Shown here: positions 1 to 8,750 of the stretch, in pieces
How positions within the stretch are numbered: the first letter of the stretch is position 1
How the letters are laid out: each line of letters opens with the position of its first letter
DNA from: a phage
DNA: 64,000 nt
Sequence record: PZ386951.1
Direction: 5' to 3' (one strand)
The notes under the pieces: generated by a model
Database searches by the model: none
What the model was told of the DNA's origin: nothing
What the model saw: the letters and a program-made list of their open reading frames with translations, nothing else
Program-made: the position numbers and the translations under genes

Positions 1-105
1 CTTTACGATAGTTCCAAGATAAGCTCCATGGTACCAAATATCCCAACCCTCTTGAGTAGGTTCTGCGCAACGACGAAGTTCATTAACAATTTCTAACTTG
101 TTCAT
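1..105 (-). CDS. hypothetical protein, 3' end cut by window edge (gene next to motA)
   Basis: Minus-strand ORF, ATG at 103-105 preceded by GAGGAA RBS; translation MNKLEIVNELRRCAEPTQEGW... runs off the window start. Confidence 0.5.
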   Translation of the reverse strand, partial: MNKLEIVNELRRCAEPTQEGWDIWYHGAYLGTIVK

Positions 106-115
106 TATTTATTCC

Positions 116-751
116 TCACAGTTCAGATGCTACAGTGATTACAGCTTCAATGTTTTCTGCCGAGCGTTTAATGTCAAGATACACATTACCGTTTTTAGCG
201 ATTTTACAAGACATTCCGATATCAGTAAATTTCTGAATATGATGTTCCATCATTTTGTATCCAAAAATTCGCATATTTCCATTGTTGTTAATTTCAAAAT
301 TACGAATTCCGTGAGTGCGTTTTTCTAAAATAGCGAGATAGTTACTGCGATAAGTTTCAATCTTTTTAAGAACAAATCCATTTTCATCTAAAAGTTTTAA
401 CATGAAGTCTTTATCTTCTTCCATATCAGAAGTAATCTCACGAGCTTTACGAGTTGCTCGTTTTTTCAGCAGTTCCGGAGCATTTTCTTGTGCGTATAAA
501 GTTGCTGCATTTGAAATAATATCCTGAGCTTCACCTGTAATGATTAATCCATCACCAGATTTCTCCACCAGGCCTTTTTTAATCAATACCCCAATATTAC
601 TATTAACTACTGCGTTACCTAAATCTGGATGCACCTCACGAACTTCTGCAGCTGTAATGAAATCTTTCTTAGCAATAGTAATTAAAATCGCAGCAGTTTT
701 TTCATTCAGAACAGCGTTAGAAGCTTTGATGATGTAAGTTACTTTAGACAT
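116..751 (-). CDS. motA: MotA middle-transcription activator
   Basis: 211-aa ORF MSKVTYIIKASN...; length and sequence match recalled T4 MotA; lies next to gene 52 as in T4. Confidence 0.9.
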   Translation of the reverse strand: MSKVTYIIKASNAVLNEKTAAILITIAKKDFITAAEVREVHPDLGNAVVNSNIGVLIKKGLVEKSGDGLIITGEAQDIISNAATLYAQENAPELLKKRATRKAREITSDMEEDKDFMLKLLDENGFVLKKIETYRSNYLAILEKRTHGIRNFEINNNGNMRIFGYKMMEHHIQKFTDIGMSCKIAKNGNVYLDIKRSAENIEAVITVASEL

Positions 752-792
752 TTTCTAATCTCCGTAATTCTGTATCAGTAGTTGATAGTTGT

Positions 793-822
793 ATAGTACC
801 ACAGTATGCTTTGGTTGTAAAC
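793..822 (-). promoter_or_regulatory. T4-type early promoter (-10 TGGTACTAT, -35 GTTTAC on minus strand) upstream of motA
   Basis: Plus-strand ATAGTACCA at 793-801 and GTAAAC at 817-822; same architecture recurs at about 17 sites. Confidence 0.6.
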
Positions 823-843
823 CGTTTTGTGAAAAAATTTTTG

Positions 844-873
844 AAATAAAAAAGGGAGAGCCTCGGCTCTCCC
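844..873 (-). terminator. Rho-independent terminator (8-bp GC stem 854-873 followed by U-run on minus transcript)
   Basis: GGGAGAGC/GCTCTCCC stem with 4-nt loop; AAAAAA at 844-849 gives U-run on the minus-strand RNA. Confidence 0.65.
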
Positions 874-878
874 TAAAA

Positions 879-1028
879 TTACTGCATGACTGTGATAACT
901 GTCATGATAACACGTTGAATTCCGAACGCAAGAAGACCTCCTGCTACGGCTGGAACAACACCTAAACCCGCCAGTAAAATGCTACCGGATACTAATGCAG
1001 CGCTTGTAATACCAATGAATGGACTCAT
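879..1028 (-). CDS. small hydrophobic protein (49 aa)
   Basis: ATG overlaps gene 52 stop (ATGA); MSPFIGITSAALVSGSILLAGLGVVPAVAGG... is predicted membrane-spanning. Confidence 0.45.
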   Translation of the reverse strand: MSPFIGITSAALVSGSILLAGLGVVPAVAGGLLAFGIQRVIMTVITVMQ

Positions 1029-2353
1029 TTGATTTCCTCTAAATCTTTGGTGTATTCTGTAACTACATCAGTAGTTTTCCAATATTCGTTTTCTTCTTTT
1101 TTAGCTTTAGCTTCTTCTGCAAGTTTCTTTGCTTCGTCGGAAGTCATATGAAAAATATTCATTCCGACTAGTTTATCAACATAAGAAGAATACATATCGA
1201 TTTTCGAAAGTTCTTCGGTCAGTTCTTTACGAGTTTTACCCTGTACAACAATTTCACCTGAAATTACTTTCTTAATGAAATGCGCCTTGGCAAAGGCTAA
1301 ACGAAAAGCGGACTCAGTTTCTTTAATTTTGTTATCAATTCGTTTTTGGACATAAGTTTTACGAACTTCAACAAAGTCTTTAATTAAATCAACTACGTTA
1401 TCGTAAACTTGTAGTTTTCCTTTCTCATTAATAACGGTAATATTCTGAGAACGACGCTCAATCAACCCGAAGTCTTTCATGATTTTTGCATGGCGTTCTT
1501 CTTCGTTATCGCTCAAAGAGTATTCTTTGCGGAATTTAACTTTAAAGCCAAAACCATGCTCACCACAAGCATCATCCCATGTAATGAAGCCTTTATCTTC
1601 AAGCGGGTCTAAGATTTTACTCACATAAGTTTCACGATCATACTTATACGGAATCTCGGTGATATGCATTTGAGTTCGTGAAGTAAACTTATATGTTCCA
1701 CGAATTTCATATTGCCCATCAATTTCAACGACTTCACCACGAAATTCTGGGAATTCTACCTTCGGTTTAGTTACTTTCTTTCCTTGAAGAGCTTGCAGTA
1801 CAGCTTTCTTGACAGAAGAAACACTATGAGGAAGAATGTAAGTTGCATAACCAGTTGCAATACCGGAAACACCATTAAGAAGAACAGTAGGAATAATAGG
1901 CAAATAGAAAGCAGGCGGAATGTGTTCTTTATCTTGATGTACCGGAGCATATTCAGTATCTTTATATACGTTATAGAAATTTTTACTTACACGAGCAAAA
2001 ATATAACGACTTGCCGCTGCCTTTTGGACAGTACGAGAACCGAAGTTTCCTTGACCATCTAACAGAGGAAAGTTATTATTCCAAGTGTTAGCCATCAAAG
2101 CACCTGCGTCTTGCGCAGAGTTTTCACCATGATGATACCCAAGGTCCGCTACACCACCTGCAATAGAAGCAAGTTTGTGAAACTTATCTTTATTTCCTCG
2201 TGCTAAATCAAGGGCTCGAGCAATAACAAATCGTTGAACTGGCTTAAATCCATCAATCATATTTGGAATGGCACGATTTTCAACCGTGTACATAGCATAA
2301 GCCAATGCTTCATTATCAATGATACTTTTTAAATCGCGATTATTCAGTTGCAT
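1025..2353 (-). CDS. 52: DNA topoisomerase II medium subunit gp52 (GyrA-like)
   Basis: 442-aa ORF, same length as T4 gp52; N-terminus MQLNNRDLKSIIDNEALAYAMYTVENRAIP... is GyrA/ParC-like. Confidence 0.92.
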   Translation of the reverse strand: MQLNNRDLKSIIDNEALAYAMYTVENRAIPNMIDGFKPVQRFVIARALDLARGNKDKFHKLASIAGGVADLGYHHGENSAQDAGALMANTWNNNFPLLDGQGNFGSRTVQKAAASRYIFARVSKNFYNVYKDTEYAPVHQDKEHIPPAFYLPIIPTVLLNGVSGIATGYATYILPHSVSSVKKAVLQALQGKKVTKPKVEFPEFRGEVVEIDGQYEIRGTYKFTSRTQMHITEIPYKYDRETYVSKILDPLEDKGFITWDDACGEHGFGFKVKFRKEYSLSDNEEERHAKIMKDFGLIERRSQNITVINEKGKLQVYDNVVDLIKDFVEVRKTYVQKRIDNKIKETESAFRLAFAKAHFIKKVISGEIVVQGKTRKELTEELSKIDMYSSYVDKLVGMNIFHMTSDEAKKLAEEAKAKKEENEYWKTTDVVTEYTKDLEEIK

Positions 2354-2357
2354 AAAT

Positions 2358-2498
2358 TTACCATACTAGTGAATGTAGTGCCATAATAACATCAGAAATG
2401 AAAAGCACGACTTGAATTAATCCGAACATTACTCCATAATATAGTGCTACCAATAAAGTAGCAAGGGCTAGTGAATAGCCCAAGATTTTCTTAATCAT
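2358..2498 (-). CDS. small membrane protein (46 aa)
   Basis: ATG overlaps ac stop; hydrophobic MIKKILGYSLALATLLVALYYGVMFGLIQVVLF... Confidence 0.4.
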   Translation of the reverse strand: MIKKILGYSLALATLLVALYYGVMFGLIQVVLFISDVIMALHSLVW

Positions 2499-2649
2499 TA
2501 GTAGATAACAGCACAAATGTTAAATATGCACACATACCCTGGGCTAAAGCTTGTGAAAACACACTGCTAGCATCGATACAGATAGTTAAAACACATGCTA
2601 CTATCCAACAAATAAATGAAATAACTCCTAATAATTTTGCGATATTCAT
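2491..2649 (-). CDS. ac: Ac (acriflavine sensitivity) small membrane protein
   Basis: 52-aa hydrophobic ORF MNIAKLLGVISFICWIV... directly next to stp, with GAGGAAAAT RBS; T4 Ac is about 51 aa at this position. Confidence 0.6.
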   Translation of the reverse strand: MNIAKLLGVISFICWIVACVLTICIDASSVFSQALAQGMCAYLTFVLLSTND

Positions 2650-2656
2650 ATTTTCC

Positions 2657-2737
2657 TCACTGGCGTCCGAAGACGCCTTTGGTTTTAAGATTGTTACGAT
2701 AGAACTGCATCACGTGTTCGTTGTGGAAATTACTCAT
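2657..2737 (-). CDS. stp: Stp (suppressor of polynucleotide kinase / PrrC activator peptide)
   Basis: 26-aa [29 protein letters not shown] matches the T4 Stp peptide as I recall it; ATG overlaps ndd stop. Confidence 0.85.
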
Positions 2738-3195
2738 TAATATGCCTGTAAAACAAATTTAAAGTTATCAGCCAACATACGATTCATTTCTTCAAGCGTT
2801 TGATACTCAGAATGATGATTACGAGTAAACGCTAAAGCTAACTGTCCTTTTCCAAATCCCGTCGTCAGAGGTTTCATCTTAGAAGCAGGCAGATAAAATA
2901 CTGTGTATGGAACATTGTTATTTGCAATAGTACGTGCAAGCTGAGACCGACGTTGACGAATATGACTTAGAACTGCGCTGAATCCTTGCTTAGAACGTTG
3001 ATTACCTACATAAAATCGTGCTGACACACATGGATTACTAAATGGACGACCATCTAATTTACTTACTAAAAAGTAAAATCCAGGTTTAGATAAAATATCT
3101 TTATGCGGAGTTCCCAAAAACCACTCACCACCCTTGATTGTACCAATAACAGTAGCGCCTGCGTTGTTCAGATCAGTAACAGTCATGTATTTCAT
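2737..3195 (-). CDS. ndd: Ndd nucleoid disruption protein
   Basis: About 152 aa starting at [11 protein letters not shown] with GGAAA RBS; the track ORF 2737..3243 is over-extended upstream; size and position match T4 ndd. Confidence 0.8.
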
Positions 3196-3255
3196 ATTAA
3201 TTTCCTCTAAATTATTTTCTACTCCAAGGCCGCATGAATACATGCGGCCGATAAA

Positions 3256-3471
3256 TTAATCGTCGCAGTCGACGCTCAATTCCCAAAACTCTTCCACAGT
3301 ATAAGTTTCAGTATCATTTTCAATACAGAAACGTTCATTACTGTTATTTGCTAAAGTAGCATTAACTGTCGGTTTCTCGCTAGTGCTCTTAAGAGGTGAA
3401 ATACGAATTAACTGATCACCGTTATCTAAACAGAAAATTTCACCAACTTTTACATCTTTAAAACTTTTCAT
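3256..3471 (-). CDS. hypothetical protein (71 aa)
   Basis: Minus ORF with ATG start in the ndd-denB small-gene block. Confidence 0.55.
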   Translation of the reverse strand: MKSFKDVKVGEIFCLDNGDQLIRISPLKSTSEKPTVNATLANNSNERFCIENDTETYTVEEFWELSVDCDD

Positions 3472-3586
3472 AATTTACCTCAAGGAGTATAAAATCCGAA
3501 TGCAGTTGTTGACCATCCCATCCAATATGGAAAATTTGCACCAATGTAAAACATAAGAATATAAAACCAAATGTTTAGTAAATTCA

Positions 3587-3784
3587 TCATTTTACACCAT
3601 TCCAAATTGTTTCAACCACAGATTTTAAACCATTTTGATGAATATCCATTCCGACTACCGCCATCAAATAGATTCCAACTACAACTGAACCTAAGGCAAA
3701 AATCAGCATGAAAATGAATAAAGCCGGAAAAATATTATCGAAAAACCATTCAATAAATGTAAAAGCACTGCGTTTACGCTTCAT
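3587..3784 (-). CDS. small membrane protein (about 65 aa)
   Basis: Start moved to internal ATG at 3782-3784 with GAGGAAAAT RBS (track start is TTG); hydrophobic core FPALFIFMLIFALGSVVVGIYLMAVVG. Confidence 0.5.
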   Translation of the reverse strand: MKRKRSAFTFIEWFFDNIFPALFIFMLIFALGSVVVGIYLMAVVGMDIHQNGLKSVVETIWNGVK

Positions 3785-3791
3785 ATTTTCC

Positions 3792-3905
3792 TCACATAAA
3801 TCCAAAGTAAGCGTTTAATACATCAATCATTAAAACGATTGGGAATATACTCAAAACTATTAGTATTATAACTACATTCCATATAACTTTAATAATCTTT
3901 TTCAT
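3792..3905 (-). CDS. small membrane protein (37 aa)
   Basis: MKKIIKVIWNVVIILIVLSIFPIVLMIDVLNAYFGFM; ATG at 3903-3905 with GGAGG RBS, downstream of early promoter 3934-3963; track ORF 3792..4040 is over-extended. Confidence 0.5.
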   Translation of the reverse strand: MKKIIKVIWNVVIILIVLSIFPIVLMIDVLNAYFGFM

Positions 3906-3933
3906 TTTCTGTTCCTCCGTAGTTGATAGGGTA

Positions 3934-3963
3934 ATAGTACCACGGAAGAACAGTCTTGTAAAC
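3934..3963 (-). promoter_or_regulatory. T4-type early promoter
   Basis: ATAGTACCA at 3934-3942 and GTAAAC at 3958-3963 on plus strand. Confidence 0.55.
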
Positions 3964-4148
3964 AACTTTTTTAAAAATATTCGTAATAAATGTGAATACC
4001 AATCACGACTGCCGAAACTTGCGCAACCCACCATGCACAAGCAATAAGTACAGAATTCAAAATTTTCATAATAACCTCATTACAAAAGTAAATGTTAAAC
4101 AAATTACTGGAATACTAATTAACCAAACAAAACACCACCACAATGAAC

Positions 4149-4412
4149 TCATAGTTCAATCTCAGCGATTTTCATTTCATTACTATTAATAGCCGCTTTA
4201 AGACTATCTGAAAGAATTACATCCCAATGGTCATTCATATAACCATTAACTAAACGTGTAATTTCTTCAGGAGTTGAAAAATAAGGCGTATCAGACTCCC
4301 AATGCGATAATCCTAAGCGAGTATAAATCATACCTTCATCATCGCTAGAATATTCAACTGACACAAACTCATCAGTTATTTTATGTTTAGCGTAATAAAA
4401 TTTAAATTTCAT
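4149..4412 (-). CDS. hypothetical protein (87 aa)
   Basis: ATG at 4410-4412 with GGAGG RBS, immediately downstream of early promoter. Confidence 0.6.
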   Translation of the reverse strand: MKFKFYYAKHKITDEFVSVEYSSDDEGMIYTRLGLSHWESDTPYFSTPEEITRLVNGYMNDHWDVILSDSLKAAINSNEMKIAEIEL

Positions 4413-4440
4413 TTTCCGCTCCTCCGTAGTTGATAGTTGT

Positions 4441-4470
4441 ATAGTACCACAGTCCTTGTGGTATGTAAAC
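4441..4470 (-). promoter_or_regulatory. T4-type early promoter
   Basis: ATAGTACCA at 4441-4449, GTAAAC at 4465-4470. Confidence 0.6.
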
Positions 4471-4487
4471 CGTTTTGTGAAAATTTT

Positions 4488-5045
4488 TTAAATGGAAAGA
4501 TACCATCCGTTGTAGTTGCTTTTTCTTACAACCTTACGAAGGTCTTCTCTATCACCGATGAACTTCGGAGTGTACTGGATGACACCTGGGTGAATTTCTT
4601 TAGTGTTGAATATAATTATACAGTCAGCGACCTGATGATTCAGAATGGGCCCTAGATTTATTCCAGAACCATATGGATACTCTCCGCTGCATCCCGTTGT
4701 TACAGAAATCCAACGTGAGTCAGTTTGATGTGTCTTAACTTCTACACGAAGCCCGCAGTATCTTGGATGCGCCAATACATCCCATGCGTATGTATACGGG
4801 TCATTAACGTCCTCTTGGCCTTTGTTAACATACCCGCTTAGCCAATCTGCTACAAAAAACTCTGCGTACACCGCGATACGGCATCTTTCGATAACTTCTG
4901 CTTTATCCTGGTTCGGGTTTTGTTTTAAAGAGTATCTTGCTGTATCAGCAATTTTGACCTTCATTTCACTAGTCAAGTCACTGTTAGATAGGGTAAATGA
5001 CGGAATCTGAAATAGTCTCTGTAAACCCGGATTCGTTTTCTGCAT
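4488..5045 (-). CDS. denB: DenB endonuclease IV
   Basis: 185-aa ORF, same length as T4 DenB, in conserved position between ndd block and rIIB. Confidence 0.8.
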   Translation of the reverse strand: MQKTNPGLQRLFQIPSFTLSNSDLTSEMKVKIADTARYSLKQNPNQDKAEVIERCRIAVYAEFFVADWLSGYVNKGQEDVNDPYTYAWDVLAHPRYCGLRVEVKTHQTDSRWISVTTGCSGEYPYGSGINLGPILNHQVADCIIIFNTKEIHPGVIQYTPKFIGDREDLRKVVRKSNYNGWYLSI

Positions 5046-5111
5046 TTAAACTTTCCTTTATGTCGGAATCACTGATATTCATATAATAAATCATAATTTC
5101 TCTTAAAACAA

Positions 5112-5127
5112 AAGGGCCGAAGCCCTT
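5112..5127 (-). terminator. intercistronic GC stem-loop with UUCG loop on transcript
   Basis: AAGGGC CGAA GCCCTT; minus-strand RNA loop reads UUCG. Confidence 0.5.
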
Positions 5128-5130
5128 ATT

Positions 5131-5325
5131 TTATTTGAATTGTGCAATTCTTTTCTCTAGACATTCAGCATAAGATTTCATTGAAATGAACTGTGAAAGC
5201 AGCAGTTCTTGCTCAACTGTACTAACCGTTAGAAACTTTGCGCTTTCTAAAAATTTGCTCAGTGCATTAATTTTGAGCATTAATTGATCGTATTCTTCTT
5301 TTACTCGTGCTTGATAACCTAACAT
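5131..5325 (-). CDS. hypothetical protein (64 aa)
   Basis: Minus ORF with ATG start, flanked by two UUCG-type hairpins. Confidence 0.55.
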   Translation of the reverse strand: MLGYQARVKEEYDQLMLKINALSKFLESAKFLTVSTVEQELLLSQFISMKSYAECLEKRIAQFK

Positions 5326-5339
5326 AATTTTCCTTAGTT

Positions 5340-5355
5340 AAGGGCCGAAGCCCTT
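5340..5355 (-). terminator. intercistronic GC stem-loop with UUCG loop, directly 3' of rIIB
   Basis: AAGGGCCGAAGCCCTT overlapping rIIB stop codon. Confidence 0.5.
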
Positions 5356-6292
5356 ATTTAAATTGTTCAGTAACGTCTTCAACTACTTCGTATTGGCAGG
5401 TACGCATTTTAGCATCGTTGTAATCAATCGGAATTGATACTACATCACGCGGATGTACTTTAACTTTTACAACTCGGCTAGTTGAACTGCCAAAGTGGCG
5501 AATATAAGATTTAGAACACACATGCAGACCACGAGAACAAGTTTGTGTATCATCGTCATTCACACGAGTACGTGGCATTTTAACTACTTTACCCGGACTG
5601 TTATCAAAGGTGTTTGAGTGACAGTCAAAGTAGTTGTCACGAACTACTTTCCAAGCATAGAAGTAACCATCTTCGGTGATTTCAATATCGTTTGCTACCA
5701 AGAAATCAAAAAGTCGAGATACCGCTTTCTGGCTTGGGTTTTCCAGCAGATTTTCCAAGAACGGAAAATAAAATTCAAAGTTTTCACCTTTTTCCATCGA
5801 GTCAAGAATACGATCAACTAAACCGGACCGCAATTCGATATTTTGATAGAACAAGCTTCCACCTTCAATTCGAACATCGCCGGAAATATATTTTTCAACA
5901 GCGCGACGAACATTAATTTTTTGTGCCGCTTCTTCCAACTTATCTGCTACAAGCAGATTAAGAATTTCCTGGAAGTTTGAATGAGTATTAGGAGTTGCGT
6001 TATAAGTTACACCGTCAACAGTAATTGAAATGAATTTTTTAGAAGCATTCCAAATAATATCAGATTTAGCAACTGGAGCAATAGCTACATCGCTATTAAC
6101 TTTAACTGTAATGTCACCGCTAATAGTAACTGCAGAGCGTTCTGCTTCTTCAGCATTTTTCAAAACACGACGGATTGTGTCAACCGATACACCTTGCCAA
6201 TCAGCCAATTCCTGCTGAGTGTAATTACCACTTGAATACAGTTTAACAATTTCAGCTTGTTCGTTTTTGGTCAGGCATTTAATATTGTACAT
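5354..6292 (-). CDS. rIIB: RIIB
   Basis: 312-aa ORF, same length as T4 rIIB, directly next to the 725-aa rIIA ORF. Confidence 0.88.
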   Translation of the reverse strand: MYNIKCLTKNEQAEIVKLYSSGNYTQQELADWQGVSVDTIRRVLKNAEEAERSAVTISGDITVKVNSDVAIAPVAKSDIIWNASKKFISITVDGVTYNATPNTHSNFQEILNLLVADKLEEAAQKINVRRAVEKYISGDVRIEGGSLFYQNIELRSGLVDRILDSMEKGENFEFYFPFLENLLENPSQKAVSRLFDFLVANDIEITEDGYFYAWKVVRDNYFDCHSNTFDNSPGKVVKMPRTRVNDDDTQTCSRGLHVCSKSYIRHFGSSTSRVVKVKVHPRDVVSIPIDYNDAKMRTCQYEVVEDVTEQFK

Positions 6293-6303
6293 AATTTTCC
6301 TTA

Positions 6304-8481
6304 TTAGGTCGCAAGGGCCTTCATAGTTTTGGCGATTTGGGAAACTTCATCATCACTTAAAGAGTTGCGATATCCGATGAAGTCGGAAACAATACGGAAT
6401 TTCTTGGTAAACTCAGCAACCATTTTATCACTGTTTTTTGAAGCATTATTTGATAATACATCAAAAAGATTAGTTACTGTCCAGATGTCATGACCGATGG
6501 TATCTTTTCCACCGTTGAAATATACACCCTGTAATGAACTAACCATATTAGCGAGTCGTGTATATTCTTCAGAAACTTCATCTACACTGAAGTACTTCAT
6601 CATAAAATCTAACTCAGGATACTTGATAATTTTATCAATATATCGTTTAGCTGAACTTGAATAACCTACATACTTATCATAATCTACATCATCAAAAGCA
6701 TCTACATATAAATCACGCAAAGCTTCAAAAATACATTGGCACTGACCGAGTTCTTTTACCTTTTTCTGTAAAAGCGGACGAATAACATAAAATTCATTAA
6801 TGCCAATAAGATTAGCCATACGAATCAAAATATTCATAGATGGATGACAAAGAGATGTAGTACCATCCATAGAGAAAATATCAGAACGATGCATATACGC
6901 TACATAACCAGTAATTTCATCTGCTTCTGACGTAAGTGTAAATAGTTCCTCTTTTTCCCAGCGCCCGTCTTTAATTTCAAATTTAAATGCTGTAGCAGCT
7001 TTAGGACGAGGAGCTTTACTTTTAATTACCTTTGGAATATAGCTTTTAACTAAAGCTTCAATTTCTGACAAATAATGAATGTTAACTTCATCACTTTCAA
7101 ACATCGCCATAATATCAGGAAGCAAATCAATCTGCGATTCTACTTCCGGATTAATAAACAGAAGACGCTCATTGTGATGAATATTTAAAGTGTTATTAAA
7201 TTCACTATCATCTAACGCATGTGCTAATCCACGGACAATATTAACACGATTTTTAATATTATCAATAACGATATTAATTTTTGTTGTATTAATACCAAAC
7301 AGACGATAACTTGATGCAACGGCTGAAGTTTCATGACTTTGCTTAATGCGTTTCAGTCGAGGGTCAAGATTTACTTCATACACAACCCCTGCATTACATA
7401 ACTTACTATCAGGTTCAAACATACTCTGCATCTTCTTATATGACAGATTTTTAGTCGTGAATTTGACTGAATTACTAATCATATAATCTCGAGCAGAATA
7501 CCCCATCTTCATCAATTCACGATATGTATGACGGGGAGATGTAGATTCTTTAAATCGTTTTACATCTTCATTAAATGCTTTCTCACTGAGTTCTTTAACT
7601 CGTTCAATAATATTTTTACGAGTGCGATCATCTAGTGAAAGAGCCTCGCGAGATGGAGCAATATCAAGTGAACCCATTGGAAACTTAATGTAATTCACTT
7701 CATTGCGAATGCTTAGCCAGTTACGGTCTCTAATAACACCATCGATAGGATAAACAATACCGCCATAGATAGCATATAATCCGCCGCGATCTGGCCAGTA
7801 TCTTTCTGGATTTACACCGTAATAATCATCAAAATCCGGAAAATAATCAATTTCGCGGTCAAGACCATTAATGATAGCCAAATCTTTGAACGGTCGCATG
7901 ATATAAGAAACTTCATAAGCAAAGTTTCTAAAGTCTTTTTCTTCAACTGGAACTACGATTTCAATACCAGTTTTATCATCTGGACCCATTTCTTTTACGA
8001 ATGTAGGTTTAATCTGCGGACCATCGCCATCCATGTAAGCTACATAACCACGAATTTCACCTTTATGATACGAAGTAATACTAAATGTATCAGTATAACT
8101 AAACGGAGATTTAGAACCTAAACCAAATCCGCCAATGAAATCGTTAGATTCAGCCTTAGATGAACTGAAGTATGAATTATACAGCCCAGGAGAATTATCA
8201 TCACCCTGAATATCAAAATCACTCATACCCGGACCAAAATCTCGACAAACAAATCGTGGATCTAAACGTCCAGGAACTTGAATGATAAATTTTTCAGGAT
8301 TTCCATTGAGAGCATGAGCATCAATCATGTTAGTAATTAATTCACGGACTACTGCGCGAATTTTGTTTGTATACAAATCAGATGACAGAATTTTAAATAC
8401 TTTAGGAGATGCTGTGATGCTAAATGCTTTTGATTTAGAACCATTACCAAGAATTGTTTCTTTTTCAGTGGTGATAATCAT
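6304..8481 (-). CDS. rIIA: RIIA
   Basis: 725-aa ORF, same length as T4 rIIA; conserved rIIB-rIIA-39 synteny. Confidence 0.88.
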   Translation of the reverse strand: MIITTEKETILGNGSKSKAFSITASPKVFKILSSDLYTNKIRAVVRELITNMIDAHALNGNPEKFIIQVPGRLDPRFVCRDFGPGMSDFDIQGDDNSPGLYNSYFSSSKAESNDFIGGFGLGSKSPFSYTDTFSITSYHKGEIRGYVAYMDGDGPQIKPTFVKEMGPDDKTGIEIVVPVEEKDFRNFAYEVSYIMRPFKDLAIINGLDREIDYFPDFDDYYGVNPERYWPDRGGLYAIYGGIVYPIDGVIRDRNWLSIRNEVNYIKFPMGSLDIAPSREALSLDDRTRKNIIERVKELSEKAFNEDVKRFKESTSPRHTYRELMKMGYSARDYMISNSVKFTTKNLSYKKMQSMFEPDSKLCNAGVVYEVNLDPRLKRIKQSHETSAVASSYRLFGINTTKINIVIDNIKNRVNIVRGLAHALDDSEFNNTLNIHHNERLLFINPEVESQIDLLPDIMAMFESDEVNIHYLSEIEALVKSYIPKVIKSKAPRPKAATAFKFEIKDGRWEKEELFTLTSEADEITGYVAYMHRSDIFSMDGTTSLCHPSMNILIRMANLIGINEFYVIRPLLQKKVKELGQCQCIFEALRDLYVDAFDDVDYDKYVGYSSSAKRYIDKIIKYPELDFMMKYFSVDEVSEEYTRLANMVSSLQGVYFNGGKDTIGHDIWTVTNLFDVLSNNASKNSDKMVAEFTKKFRIVSDFIGYRNSLSDDEVSQIAKTMKALAT

Positions 8482-8491
8482 AATTTCCTCA

Positions 8492-8695
8492 TTAATTCAT
8501 ATTACGCTTAATAACTTCAGCAACTTCTAGTAGTTCATCTTTAGTTGCGGTGTCGGATTGAATTTTATCTCTAATATCCTTAAAGCGGTTTTTAAATTCT
8601 TCGGCTTCTCCCATATCGAAAAAGCGTTGAATGATTCTATATTCTCGATGAACTGCTTTATCAAAAAGTTCTAAATTTACTTTATATGATTTCAT
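8492..8695 (-). CDS. hypothetical protein (67 aa), rIIA.1-like position
   Basis: Minus ORF between gene 39 and rIIA, downstream of early promoter. Confidence 0.6.
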   Translation of the reverse strand: MKSYKVNLELFDKAVHREYRIIQRFFDMGEAEEFKNRFKDIRDKIQSDTATKDELLEVAEVIKRNMN

Positions 8696-8720
8696 TCCAA
8701 TATCCTCATTTGCCCAATTA

Positions 8721-8750
8721 ATTATACCACATCCTTGTGGTAAAGTAAAC
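8721..8750 (-). promoter_or_regulatory. T4-type early promoter (consensus TGGTATAAT / GTTTAC)
   Basis: ATTATACCA at 8721-8729, GTAAAC at 8745-8750. Confidence 0.65.

Noticed and set aside
3792-4040. 82-aa minus-strand ORF as drawn in the track
   Set aside because: Its 5' half spans the early promoter at 3934-3963; the credible gene is the 37-aa product from the internal ATG at 3903-3905, which has a GGAGG RBS.
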